Source: Caulobacteraceae bacterium (GTDB lineage Bacteria; Pseudomonadota; Alphaproteobacteria; Caulobacterales; Caulobacteraceae). Taken from it: a DNA stretch of 64,000 bases. Below the pieces are notes generated by a model. It made no database searches, was not told the DNA's origin, and saw only the letters and a list, made by a program, of their open reading frames with translations. Positions 55,406 to 64,000 of this stretch are shown in pieces (position 1 is the first letter of the stretch; every line of letters starts with the position of its first letter). The stretch covers positions 4,583 through 68,582 of the forward strand of contig JBEPUW010000010.1 in the NCBI GenBank assembly GCA_041691315.1, given 5' to 3'. Position numbers and translations under genes: made by a program.

Positions 55406-55630
55406 TCAGCGAAACTCAGCAATGACCTCAATCGGGCCGACGATCGCAGCGTTGAATTCGGCCAGGTGTTCGGCAAGAATCCAATATTCCAAGTGCTCTC
55501 GGGCGCCGACCTGTTGCACAGGGTAGGCGATCAGCGCGGTCACCTTGTGTCCAAGGTCACCCCACGCCAGGGCCGGGCTTGCCGATCCCAACAGTGCGGC
55601 AGCAACGGCCAAGGCGGCGAGCAGTCTCAT
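55406..55630 (-). pseudogene. Chimeric remnant: S1/P1 nuclease N-terminus fused to the C-terminus of an unrelated protein
   Basis: Signal peptide + AWGDLGHKVTALIA (S1/P1 first Zn motif), then an abrupt switch to VQQVGAREHLEYWI.AE.L.EFN..IVG.IEVIAEF. Confidence 0.6.
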
Positions 55631-55767
55631 GAAGCGACGATAGCCCAGGATTGAGACATCGCGGTGGTCGCTCTCGAAGTTCAGGGGTCGATCAGGTCAT
55701 TTCGACCCGACCAAGATGCTAGGTATATGCTGTCGATCTAAAAGCGGCGTTCCGGGAAGTTCGGCCC

Positions 55768-56022
55768 ATGGCCGAACGCGGGAAAATATTGCGCGGCGTT
55801 GCGGCCGCCAATATCCGCCGCACGAGATTGGCCCTTGGTTGGTCTCAGGAAGCCCTGGCTCATGAGGCCGGCTTGCATCGGACCTTCATCGGCCATGTCG
55901 AGCGCGGCGAGACCAACCTGTCGATCGACAATCTTGAGCGTCTTGCCGATGCGCTGAAGATTTCAGCCTCCGAATTGCTGGTGGCAGGGCCCACTGCCGC
56001 CCCGCCGCCCCCAGGCTCATAG
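55768..56022 (+). CDS. XRE-family HTH regulator
   Basis: SQEALAHEAGLHRTFIGHVERGETNLSIDNLERLA. Confidence 0.9.
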   Translation: MAERGKILRGVAAANIRRTRLALGWSQEALAHEAGLHRTFIGHVERGETNLSIDNLERLADALKISASELLVAGPTAAPPPPGS

Positions 56023-56031
56023 CAGGTTTCC

Positions 56032-56811
56032 GTGGAGCGGCCGCAGTTCGAGAGCATGATTTTTGACGCCGCCGTCGCCGCGGGAGCGGCGCACACGGCG
56101 GCGGAGTTGATCGAGGCGCTCGAGCGCGCCTTCGCGCTGCTCGGGTTTGACTATTTCAGAGTGGTCGAGGCCGTCTCCGATGGCGAAGCGCGTGTGCTTC
56201 GCTACATGATGGGCAAGGTCAATCCGGCGTGGGAGACCACGTATGGCGAAGACAGGCTCGCCCAGCAGGATCCTCGGCTTCGCCGGGCCCTGACCTCCTC
56301 TGAGCCCTTCTTTCTGAGCGAAGTCCTAGTCGCCGCCGATGTGCATGATGCCGAGCGCATGATGGTCAAGCAGGCCGAGCAATTTGGTATCGTTGAGAGC
56401 TATGTCCTGCCGCACCGGGACGCCGACAACCGCCAGTTCGCCGCGGCCCTGATCGGGCCGGGCCGTCCGATTGACGGGATTTATCGCGTCGCCGTGCACA
56501 CGCTCTCGTCGGCCTTCGTGCTTGCCGCCTTGAGGATCGAGGCGGCGGCGATCGGCGGATCGGAAAAATTGGATCGCCCGGCGCTGACCATCCGTCAGCT
56601 CCAGTGTTTGGAGTGGTCGCGACGGGGGAAGAGTTCCGCCGACATCGGTAAAATTCTCGGCTTGTCTCCGCGGACGATCGACGAGCATTTCGCAATAGCC
56701 TGCAAGGTGTTGGGGGTCCGAACACGCGTGCAGGCCGTCGCTATGGCGTTGTCACTCGGGCTGCTACCCTACCGGGCGGCGGACGTTTCCCGCCCGCAAC
56801 GCAACCCGTAA
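56032..56811 (+). CDS. LuxR-family regulator with autoinducer-binding domain (no luxI in window)
   Basis: W..Y.......DP ligand-domain motif; C-terminal LT.RQ..CL.W...GKSS.DI..ILGLS.RTI..H HTH. Confidence 0.85.
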   Translation: MERPQFESMIFDAAVAAGAAHTAAELIEALERAFALLGFDYFRVVEAVSDGEARVLRYMMGKVNPAWETTYGEDRLAQQDPRLRRALTSSEPFFLSEVLVAADVHDAERMMVKQAEQFGIVESYVLPHRDADNRQFAAALIGPGRPIDGIYRVAVHTLSSAFVLAALRIEAAAIGGSEKLDRPALTIRQLQCLEWSRRGKSSADIGKILGLSPRTIDEHFAIACKVLGVRTRVQAVAMALSLGLLPYRAADVSRPQRNP

Positions 56812-56821
56812 GGTTACGGGT
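56804..56821. promoter_or_regulatory. lux/tra-box-like palindrome
   Basis: ACCCGTAA-gg-TTACGGGT, 18 bp, overlapping the luxR stop codon. Confidence 0.6.
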
Positions 56822-56956
56822 GGATCATTCGACTCAAGGGGGTAGCGTCTATCTGTGGTTGCTGGGCTGTAAGGCGCATCAACAGGCGTGAACCATGGGG
56901 CATGGTGCACGGTCGGCCTAAGGCGACCCACGCTGCCCCGTCACCACATCGTGTCC

Positions 56957-57415
56957 ATGGTTCATGGAAATGTGGTGCCCCAGCGTTCGTTTCGAGACCC
57001 AAACCTTTCAGGACGGACCAGGCCCCGATCATCCCCTAAACGGGGCCGATCAAGCCCGTCTTTGTTCGATCTCGGCCTTTCTGGTCCTGAAGGTGACGCC
57101 GCTTGCGCCAGGGCCTTCGCGGAAAGCCTGTTGATCCGTGTCGCCCCCGGCCAAGACCGCCGCGATGCTCGGCTCCTGCTTACTGCCGTCTGCCTGCATT
57201 TGCAGAGCCGGAACGGCCCTGACGCCACCCTCGGGGATCTGGTGGAATGGCTAGGCCGCGGTGGCTGTGAAGATGTTCTCGTGAAGCTGCGCGGAGAGCC
57301 GCTGTCCCTCACGGACTATGTTGTTAACGAGCTTGGCAGTCTGGCAGGGGAACAGCAAAGCCTAGCCGTGGAAATGGCCTTCAATGCGGCTCAGCTTGCC
57401 GAAGCTTCGCTTTAG
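56957..57415 (+). CDS. Hypothetical protein upstream of the trb operon
   Basis: ORF 56888..57415 with start uncertain; helical, ARLLL.AVCLHL...TLGDLVEWL. Confidence 0.4.
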   Translation: MVHGNVVPQRSFRDPNLSGRTRPRSSPKRGRSSPSLFDLGLSGPEGDAACARAFAESLLIRVAPGQDRRDARLLLTAVCLHLQSRNGPDATLGDLVEWLGRGGCEDVLVKLRGEPLSLTDYVVNELGSLAGEQQSLAVEMAFNAAQLAEASL

Positions 57416-57524
57416 GGAAATACTGCGGAGAGCAGTAATATTCTAAAATACTGCTTGACCCGACATATGAAGCGGCGTTTCTCTCGGGAGCCCGGCTATC
57501 GCGGGCTTCGCAGGTGAGGTCCCG

Positions 57525-57878
57525 ATGACCCGTCGCACGATCCGTCAGATTCGCGGCCTCGCCGCTCGGATCCATTCCCTTCCGTTGGGCGCCTTTGTCG
57601 CCCTGACCCTGGCGGTCCCGGCCTTCGCCGGAACGACCAGTGGCACGGCCATGCCCTGGGAAACCCCGCTTCAGACCATTCAAGAGTCCATCACCGGGCC
57701 GGTGGCCAAGGCGGTCGGCATCATCGCCATCGCCGTCACCGGCCTTGGGTTCGCCTTCGCCGAGGGCGGCTCGGCGCTGCGCAAGGGCATCGGGATCGTG
57801 TTCGGCCTGGCCATCGTCTTTACGGCGACAACCTTCATCAGCTCCTTCTTCAGCATCACCTCGGGCGCGGTGTTCTGA
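57525..57878 (+). CDS. trbC: Conjugative pilin TrbC/VirB2
   Basis: MPWETPLQ.IQESITGPVA...GLGFAFAEG...SSFF...GAV. Confidence 0.92.
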   Translation: MTRRTIRQIRGLAARIHSLPLGAFVALTLAVPAFAGTTSGTAMPWETPLQTIQESITGPVAKAVGIIAIAVTGLGFAFAEGGSALRKGIGIVFGLAIVFTATTFISSFFSITSGAVF

Positions 57879-57879
57879 G

Positions 57880-58143
57880 ATGGCCTCCAACGTCGACGGC
57901 TTCGAGATCGGCTTTCACAACTCGCTCTCCGAACCGATCACCATGGCCGGCGTGCCGTGCATGATCGCGGTCCTGAACGGCACGATCACCGCCATCCTCG
58001 CGCTCGGCCTTCAGGTCCCCCTGATCGGCATCCCCCTGGGCTTGGCCATTCATGCCGGCTGCTACTGGCTGAACAAGCGCGACCCTTACTTCTTCGACGC
58101 CCTGAAGCGGCACATCCGCCAACGCCCTTATCTGGACGCCTGA
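57880..58143 (+). CDS. trbD: TrbD/VirB3
   Basis: ATG 57880; H.SLSEPI.MAGVP..IAVLNGT, KRDP.F. Confidence 0.88.
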   Translation: MASNVDGFEIGFHNSLSEPITMAGVPCMIAVLNGTITAILALGLQVPLIGIPLGLAIHAGCYWLNKRDPYFFDALKRHIRQRPYLDA

Positions 58144-58144
58144 G

Positions 58145-58348
58145 ATGGAGCGGGTGCAGGCCATCCTCACCTCACCCCCCGTCCTCGCCGGTCTGGTGGC
58201 GGCGCTCATCTGGGCGCCGGCGACAGGCTTCCCAACCTGGCCGGCGCTCGCGCGCGGCCGCTGGGGCTCCACCTTCGGTGTGAGCTTCGCGGTCGGCCTA
58301 TTCGTTTTCGCCGCCGTCCAGGGCCTGACAGCGCCCATGGCCGGATGA
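58145..58348 (+). CDS. Small two-TM membrane protein within the trb operon
   Basis: 67-aa hydrophobic ORF tightly packed between trbD and trbE. Confidence 0.55.
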   Translation: MERVQAILTSPPVLAGLVAALIWAPATGFPTWPALARGRWGSTFGVSFAVGLFVFAAVQGLTAPMAG

Positions 58349-58358
58349 AGGAGCGACC

Positions 58359-60824
58359 ATGCTTTATCTTCGCGAGTACCGCGCCAAAGCCGACCGCCTC
58401 TTCGATCACCTCCCCTGGGTGGCGCTGATCGGCCCTGGACTGATGCTCAACAAGGACGGCGGCTTCCAGAAGACCCTCGCCTTCCGCGGCCCAGACCTCG
58501 CCTCATCCACCGACGAGGGCTTGGTGGCGGTCCGCGCCCAGCTCAACAACGCGCTCCGACGCCTCGGCTCGCGCTGGTGCCTGCACATCGAGGCCCTTCG
58601 CGCCGGCGCCCAGGACTATCCGACCTCGGCCTTCCCCGACGCGGTGTCAGCCCTGATCGACGACGAGCGGCGCACGGGCTTTGAGGCCGAGGGGCGGCAT
58701 TTCGAGAGCCGCTACTTCATGACCTTCACCTACCTGCCGCCCGAAGAGGCGGTGTCGACGGCGGAATCGCTGCTGCTGGAGAATGCGCCGTCCGGACGCG
58801 GGGCGCAGGGCATGTACCGCGCAGCGCTGGGCGGCTTCCTCGCCACGGTGCGCCAGATCGCTGACATCCTCGCGGCGATTATGCCGGAGGTCCGTGAACT
58901 CGACGACGACGAGACCCTCACCTACTTGCACGGCTGCATCTCTACTAAACGCCACTTCGTCCGGGCGCCGGACACCCCGGCCTACCTCGACGCCTTCCTC
59001 TGCGACGACGATTTCCAGGGCGGCCTGTTCCCGCGCCTGGGCGGCCAATACATGCGCACGCTCTCGGTGCGCGCGTATCCGACGGCCTCCTCCCCGGGCC
59101 TGCTCGACCGGCTGAACGAACTGGGGGTCGGCTACCGCTGGACCTGCCGCTTCCTGCCCCTCGACAAGGAGGATGCAAGGAAGGCGTTGACCACGGTGCG
59201 CAAGCGCTGGTTCGCCAAGCGCAAGGGCGTCATGGCCCTGATTAAGGAGGCGGTCACTCGCGAGCCTTCGGTGCTGGAAGACCCGGACGCGGCGGCGAAG
59301 ACGAACGACGCCGACGCGGCCCTGGCCATTCTTGGCGGCGACTACGCCTCGATCGGCTACTTCACCCCTACCGTCACCCTCATGGACACCGATCCCGACC
59401 GCCTGGCTGACCGGGTCCGCGAGGTGGAGAGCGCCATCAACCGGGTGGGGTTCGTCTGCAAGGTTGAAGACGTCAACGCGGTGGAGGCGTGGCTGGGGTC
59501 CCTGCCGGGTCAGGCCTACGCGGACCTGCGCCGGCCCTTGGTCTCCTCGCTGAACCTTTGCGATATGATTCCCATGTCGGCCATCTGGCCCGGCCCCGCG
59601 CGCAACGCCCACCTGACCTCAGAATCCATCAAGCGCGGGCACCAGGGCGTACAGCCGCCGCTGATGGTGACCCGCACCGCCGGCACAACCCCGTTTCGCT
59701 TTGACCTGCACCAGGCCGACGTCGGCCACACAATGATCGTGGGACCGACCGGCGCGGGCAAATCGGTGCTCCTCAACACCATCGCCATGCAGTGGCTCCG
59801 CTATCCCGAAGCGCAGGTCTTCTACTTCGACAAAGGCGCTTCCTCGCGGGCGTCCACCCTTTTGACCGGGGGCCAGTTCTTCGTCCTGGGCGGCGACCAG
59901 TCGGACCTGGCCTTTCAGCCGCTGGCCGACCTGGATCGCGGGGAGGACCGCACCTGGGCCCAGGAATGGGTGCAGGACATCGTGGCGGCCGAGGGGGTGG
60001 AGATCACGCCCGCGGTTAAGGAGGAGATCTGGGGCGGGTTGAAGAATCTCGCCGCCGGCCCCCGCGAGCAGCGCACCCTGACCCTCCTGGCCGCGACGGT
60101 GCAGAACCAGACCGTCAAGTCGGCCCTCCTGCCCTACACCCTCGATGGCCCGCACGGCCACCTGCTGGACGCCCAGGACAACAGCCACGTCACCGCGCGC
60201 TGGCAGACCTTCGAGATGAGCGAGCTGATGGGGGCCAAGGCCGCTCTGCAGCCGGTGCTGACCTACATCTTCCGCACCTTGGAGCAACGGTTCGACGGCC
60301 GGCCGACCTTGCTGGTGCTGGACGAGGCCTGGCTGTTCCTCGACCAGGGGATCTTCGCCGCCAAGATCCGCGAGTGGCTGAAGACCCTGCGCAAGTTCAA
60401 CGTGGCCGTGGTGTTCGCCACCCAGAGCTTGGCCGACATCGCCCGCTCCACCATCGCGCCCGCCTTGATCGAAAGCTGCCCGACCCGGGTCTTCCTGCCC
60501 AATCCCGACGCCTACACGCCGCAGATCAGCGAGCTCTACGCCGCCTTTGGCCTGAACGCCCAGCAGCTGCGCATCATCGCCTCCGCCACCCCCAAGCGCG
60601 AATACTACTACCAGGCCTCGGCCGGAAACCGGCTGTTCGAGCTGGGCCTCGGCCCGATCGCGCTGGGCGCCGTCGGCGCGTCGTCTCCCGGCGACCAGGC
60701 GCGGCTGACCCAGGTCCTCAAGGCAGGCGGCGACGAACCCTTCGCCGCCGCCTTCTATCGGGTCCAAGGCCTGCCCGAGGTGGCGGATTTCCTGGCGCGG
60801 TCAGCCCCCGCGAGGGTGGCGTGA
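58359..60824 (+). CDS. trbE: Conjugal transfer ATPase TrbE/VirB4
   Basis: LNKDG.FQ.T..FRGPDL, Walker A GPTGAGKS, LDEAW, WLKTLRK.N..V.FATQS. Confidence 0.96.
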   Translation: MLYLREYRAKADRLFDHLPWVALIGPGLMLNKDGGFQKTLAFRGPDLASSTDEGLVAVRAQLNNALRRLGSRWCLHIEALRAGAQDYPTSAFPDAVSALIDDERRTGFEAEGRHFESRYFMTFTYLPPEEAVSTAESLLLENAPSGRGAQGMYRAALGGFLATVRQIADILAAIMPEVRELDDDETLTYLHGCISTKRHFVRAPDTPAYLDAFLCDDDFQGGLFPRLGGQYMRTLSVRAYPTASSPGLLDRLNELGVGYRWTCRFLPLDKEDARKALTTVRKRWFAKRKGVMALIKEAVTREPSVLEDPDAAAKTNDADAALAILGGDYASIGYFTPTVTLMDTDPDRLADRVREVESAINRVGFVCKVEDVNAVEAWLGSLPGQAYADLRRPLVSSLNLCDMIPMSAIWPGPARNAHLTSESIKRGHQGVQPPLMVTRTAGTTPFRFDLHQADVGHTMIVGPTGAGKSVLLNTIAMQWLRYPEAQVFYFDKGASSRASTLLTGGQFFVLGGDQSDLAFQPLADLDRGEDRTWAQEWVQDIVAAEGVEITPAVKEEIWGGLKNLAAGPREQRTLTLLAATVQNQTVKSALLPYTLDGPHGHLLDAQDNSHVTARWQTFEMSELMGAKAALQPVLTYIFRTLEQRFDGRPTLLVLDEAWLFLDQGIFAAKIREWLKTLRKFNVAVVFATQSLADIARSTIAPALIESCPTRVFLPNPDAYTPQISELYAAFGLNAQQLRIIASATPKREYYYQASAGNRLFELGLGPIALGAVGASSPGDQARLTQVLKAGGDEPFAAAFYRVQGLPEVADFLARSAPARVA

Positions 60825-61174
60825 TGGCCGAGGCCTCGCCGCTTGCCACGCCTTTGGCCCCGCCCCTTTCGGCGGGCGAACTGCGCCGCCTGGCCCGGCT
60901 CGGCGCGCCCTTGCCCCGGGCCTGGACCGCCAGCGTGCGTCGGCGCCGGCTGATGTTGTTGGGACTGGCCGCGCCGGGCTTCCTGGCAATCGCCGCCACG
61001 CCAGCCCACCAGAACTTCGTTGTTCTGGTCGCCGGTGCTCTCGCCTTCGCCGCCGCCTTCCTGTTCCGCCGCCTGACCGAGCCGGTGTTCGTCTGCGCCG
61101 AGGCAGCGGCGCTCTGGCCGCCCGCGTCTGATCTGCCCCGCCCCGGACATCGAAAGGACCTGCCCCATGCGTAA
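60824..61174 (+). CDS. Small membrane hypothetical protein between trbE and trbJ
   Basis: ATG 60824 coupled to the trbE stop; two hydrophobic helices. Confidence 0.5.
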   Translation: MAEASPLATPLAPPLSAGELRRLARLGAPLPRAWTASVRRRRLMLLGLAAPGFLAIAATPAHQNFVVLVAGALAFAAAFLFRRLTEPVFVCAEAAALWPPASDLPRPGHRKDLPHA

Positions 61175-61904
61175 TCTCCAATTGTTCGCCGGCGCCGCCA
61201 TTGCGGTCAGCCTGGCGCTCGCTTCCGCATCCCCACCCGCCCAGGCCCAAGTCACGGTCATCGACCCGACCGCGATCGGTCACCTAATCGACCAATACAA
61301 CAATCAGATCACCGCCATCAGCAACCAGCTGACGCAGATTCAGCGGCTGGAATCGCAGCTCACCAACCAAGCTCAGATGCTGCAAAAGATGCAGACCGAC
61401 GTTACGGGCCCCATCGCCCAGATAACCGGCCAGGCGACGCAGATCCTGCAGCGGGCGCAGGGCATCGGCTACGGCGCCCAGAACGTCGCCCAGCAGTTCT
61501 CGAACCTCTACCCGGGGACGATGCCGGGCGCCTCGCTGACCACCACCCAGGCCTCGCTCGCCCAATGGCGGCAGCAAAACAGCCTCACCCTGCAGCAGGC
61601 TCTGCAGATGCAGAACCAGATCGCGCAGGGCCAGCCGATCACCTCCTCGCAGGTGGCGCAGGCGGTCACCGCCTCTCAGGGCGCGGCCGGCCAGACCGCC
61701 GCTATCCAAGCGACCAATCAGCTGCTGGCCACTGTCACCGCACAACTCACCCAACTGCAGAGCCTGCTGATCACCCAGGCCCGCGCCGAGCAGACCATCG
61801 CGGCTCAGGCCCAGGCCTCGCAGGCGACCGGCGCCGCCGACAGCCAGCGGTTCTGGACCACGACCGCCCCCGCCAGTCGGGTGCAGAACCCGGGCACGCT
61901 GTGA
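61167..61904 (+). CDS. trbJ: TrbJ/VirB5
   Basis: Signal peptide, VIDP, Gln-rich coiled coil, SQGAAG..AA.QA.NQLL. Confidence 0.88.
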   Translation: MRNLQLFAGAAIAVSLALASASPPAQAQVTVIDPTAIGHLIDQYNNQITAISNQLTQIQRLESQLTNQAQMLQKMQTDVTGPIAQITGQATQILQRAQGIGYGAQNVAQQFSNLYPGTMPGASLTTTQASLAQWRQQNSLTLQQALQMQNQIAQGQPITSSQVAQAVTASQGAAGQTAAIQATNQLLATVTAQLTQLQSLLITQARAEQTIAAQAQASQATGAADSQRFWTTTAPASRVQNPGTL

Positions 61905-62173
61905 TGCGCCGCCCTCTCCTCGTCGGGGCGGCCGCGGCCCTGGCGGCGCTGGGAGCCTGTTCGCCCGGCGCCCAGACCCACGACAAGGCTTATTACGCCG
62001 CCCACGCCGACGAGCGGACGCGCCAGCTCAACGCCTGCCAAAACGATCCGGGCCACCTGGGTTCGACACCCAACTGCGTCAACGCCCAGGCCGCAGAGGC
62101 CGATACCCATGCCGCCCACTTCTACGAGGCGCCCAAGCCCGCGCCCCGCGTCGCCGATCCCGGCAAGCTGTAG
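61904..62173 (+). CDS. Entry-exclusion lipoprotein (EexN/TrbK-like)
   Basis: Lipobox LGAC, YY.AH..ER...L..C.NDPG.L..TPNC.NA. Confidence 0.8.
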   Translation: MRRPLLVGAAAALAALGACSPGAQTHDKAYYAAHADERTRQLNACQNDPGHLGSTPNCVNAQAAEADTHAAHFYEAPKPAPRVADPGKL

Positions 62174-62182
62174 GGGCCGATC

Positions 62183-63475
62183 ATGGGCACGACCGCCGAT
62201 CCCGCCGCGCTCGACGATTTCCTGAACACGTTCAAAAATCAGGTCGACGCCGGGTTCGGGCTGATCCAGGGCGATGTCACCGGCACGCTCGGCACCCTGG
62301 TGATCATCTCCATCGCCATCACTGCGGTCCTCTGGGCCATCGACGAGAACCAGAATGTGTTGGCCTCTCTGGTGCGCAAGGTGCTGCTGGTGGGCTTCTT
62401 CGCCTGGCTGGTCACCCAGTGGCACACCCTGTCCTCGACCGTGGTCAATGGGTTCGCCGCGCTCGGGTTGAAAGCCTCGGGCGGGACCATGTCGGTCACC
62501 GACTTCACCCAGTCACCCTCCAAGATCGTCATCGCCGGCATCAACGTGATCTCGGCGCTGATGCAATACATCCAGAAGATCGCCCCCGGGCCGATCGAGT
62601 TCTTCGCCCACATCGATGTGGTGATCATCACCATTGTGGCGGCGGTCGGCATTCTGATCGCCTTTGTGATTCTGGCCGTCGAGATCGTCGTCACGATCAT
62701 CGAGTTCCACATCGTCACACTTGTGGCCTTCGTCACCGTCCCCTTCGGGGTGCTGACCCAGACCTCGTTCATGTCCGAGCGGGCGATCGGCTACGTCGTC
62801 TCGGTCGGGGTGAAGATGATGGCGCTGGCCATCGTCGTCGGCCTAGGCACCACGATCTTCGATAATTACACCGTCTCGGCCGATCCCGGCATCAACGAGG
62901 ATTGCGGCCTGCTGCTGGCGGCCGTCGTCATGGTGATGTTGGCCCTGAAAGTCCCGGCTATCGCCGGCGCCCTGATCTCTGGCGGACCCCAACTCAATGC
63001 CGGCGGCGCAGTGATGGGCGCGGCCGGCATCGCCGCCACCGTCGCCGGCGGCGCGCTCGCGGCCCGCGCTCTGGGCGGCTCTGTCGCCGGTGCGCTGGGG
63101 GCCACCAGCCAGGTCGCCTCCGCCAAAAGCGCCTCAGGCGCCATTCCGCCGAGTGGCGGCCCGCCGCCGCCGGGCCCGAGCGGCGGTGGGAGCGGCGACC
63201 CAGGTGGAGGATCATCCGGCGGCGGGTCCGGCCCCGCCCCCTCGTCCGGAGGCGCGTCGACCGCCTCGACCCTCCGGACCGCCGAGTCCCGCGCGCGGGG
63301 AGACGCCGGGGACGCCGCCGCCCCGCCGTCCGCCGCCGAGACGCTCGCTCAGGCCGACGCGCGCGGACCTCAGCTCAGCGGTCTGGCGCAAGGCGCCGCC
63401 GCCACCGCGATGCAATCCGACGATAGCGGCCCGGGCATGACCGCCACGCCCAAGCGGCCGGACGACGAGGCGTGA
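62183..63475 (+). CDS. trbL: TrbL/VirB6
   Basis: GFGLI.GDV, K.L.VGFFA, IEFHIV, P.IAGALISGGPQL, Gly/Ser-rich tail. Confidence 0.92.
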   Translation: MGTTADPAALDDFLNTFKNQVDAGFGLIQGDVTGTLGTLVIISIAITAVLWAIDENQNVLASLVRKVLLVGFFAWLVTQWHTLSSTVVNGFAALGLKASGGTMSVTDFTQSPSKIVIAGINVISALMQYIQKIAPGPIEFFAHIDVVIITIVAAVGILIAFVILAVEIVVTIIEFHIVTLVAFVTVPFGVLTQTSFMSERAIGYVVSVGVKMMALAIVVGLGTTIFDNYTVSADPGINEDCGLLLAAVVMVMLALKVPAIAGALISGGPQLNAGGAVMGAAGIAATVAGGALAARALGGSVAGALGATSQVASAKSASGAIPPSGGPPPPGPSGGGSGDPGGGSSGGGSGPAPSSGGASTASTLRTAESRARGDAGDAAAPPSAAETLAQADARGPQLSGLAQGAAATAMQSDDSGPGMTATPKRPDDEA

Positions 63476-63488
63476 GGGAGCCTGCTCG

Positions 63489-64000
63489 ATGACCAATGTC
63501 TTTCGCCGCGCCAATGACCGCTACGGCTCTTCCGCCCCGGAGGACACCCCCTACCGGCGCGCCAGCCAGGAATGGGACCGGCGCATCGGGGAACCCGTCG
63601 TCCAGGCCAGGAACTGGCGGGCGATGGCTTTCGCCGGGTGGGCGGTATGCCTGGTGGCGGTCGGCGGCCTGATCTACCAGGGAGCCACCAAACAGATCGC
63701 TACCTATGTCGTCCCTATCGACCGCTATGGCCAACCTGGCCGGATCGAAGTGGCGGGCCACGACTACACGCCGTCGACCGCCGAGATGGGCTACTTCCTG
63801 GCCGACTGGGTGAACCGGACCCGCTCCAAGTCCATCGACCCGATCGTCATCCGCGACAACTGGACAACCGCCTACCACTTCGTGTCGGGGCCGGCGATCG
63901 GTCAGCTCAACGACTACGCCAAGACTCACGACCCGTTCGCCAACGCCGGCCAGCAGGCGGTCTCTATCGAGGTCGTATCCGTGCTCGCCCGCAGCCCGGC
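63489..64000 (+). CDS. trbF: TrbF/VirB8, 5' part; runs off window end
   Basis: Manual translation MTNVFRRANDRYG...TPYRRASQEWDRRIG..VVQARNWRAMAF...RSKSIDPIVIRDNW. Confidence 0.92.
   Translation, partial: MTNVFRRANDRYGSSAPEDTPYRRASQEWDRRIGEPVVQARNWRAMAFAGWAVCLVAVGGLIYQGATKQIATYVVPIDRYGQPGRIEVAGHDYTPSTAEMGYFLADWVNRTRSKSIDPIVIRDNWTTAYHFVSGPAIGQLNDYAKTHDPFANAGQQAVSIEVVSVLARSP

Noticed and set aside
55218-55526. 102-aa ORF from the track (MATRNSQ...FKKCC...)
   Set aside because: Only the FKKCC...HDFF segment looks genuine and belongs to the frameshifted SEC-C gene; the rest lacks an RBS and overlaps the opposite-strand remnant
63160-63440. Low-complexity GC-rich repeats
   Set aside because: Encode the ordinary Gly/Ser/Pro/Ala-rich tail of TrbL

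Overview
High-GC alphaproteobacterial (Caulobacter/Phenylobacterium-like by gene content; inferred) accessory DNA, probably a conjugative plasmid or ICE. Left to right: (1) an SOS mutagenesis cassette (dnaE2 partial, imuB, imuA, SRAP, frameshifted dinB, DnaQ-like exonuclease) with two perfect GTTC-N7-GTTC LexA boxes; (2) a rearranged 7-deazaguanine DNA-modification/restriction (dpd) island: dpdC, DGQHR-family gene, dpdA, second DGQHR-family gene, queE, queD, queC and dpdFGHI-like genes, converging on a RecB/Dna2-like nuclease plus a 2120-aa SF1+SF2 double helicase (DpdJ-like fusion), with no dpdD/E/K visible; (3) further defence-like genes (HNH+DGQHR pair, REase-STAND NTPase, NERD-kinase-helicase pair); (4) a tyrosine recombinase with a lox-like site and an ArsR-desaturase-SRPBCC operon; (5) an RNA-repair locus: an array of at least four Y-RNA-like ncRNAs (two with permuted tRNA-like domains) and three promoter-like sites sharing one palindromic operator, then Ro60/TROVE, a small HTH, Hen1, Pnkp, a helical protein and a RlaP-like nucleotidyltransferase, ending in a hidden SEC-C zinc-finger gene whose reading frame moves +1 at three successive TTT-C sites; (6) XRE, a solo LuxR with a lux-box-like palindrome, and a trb (P-type T4SS) operon running off the right edge. 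The most striking signals are the triple TTT-C frameshifted SEC-C gene and the co-regulated Y RNA array. All calls come from reading motifs by eye; no searches were run.
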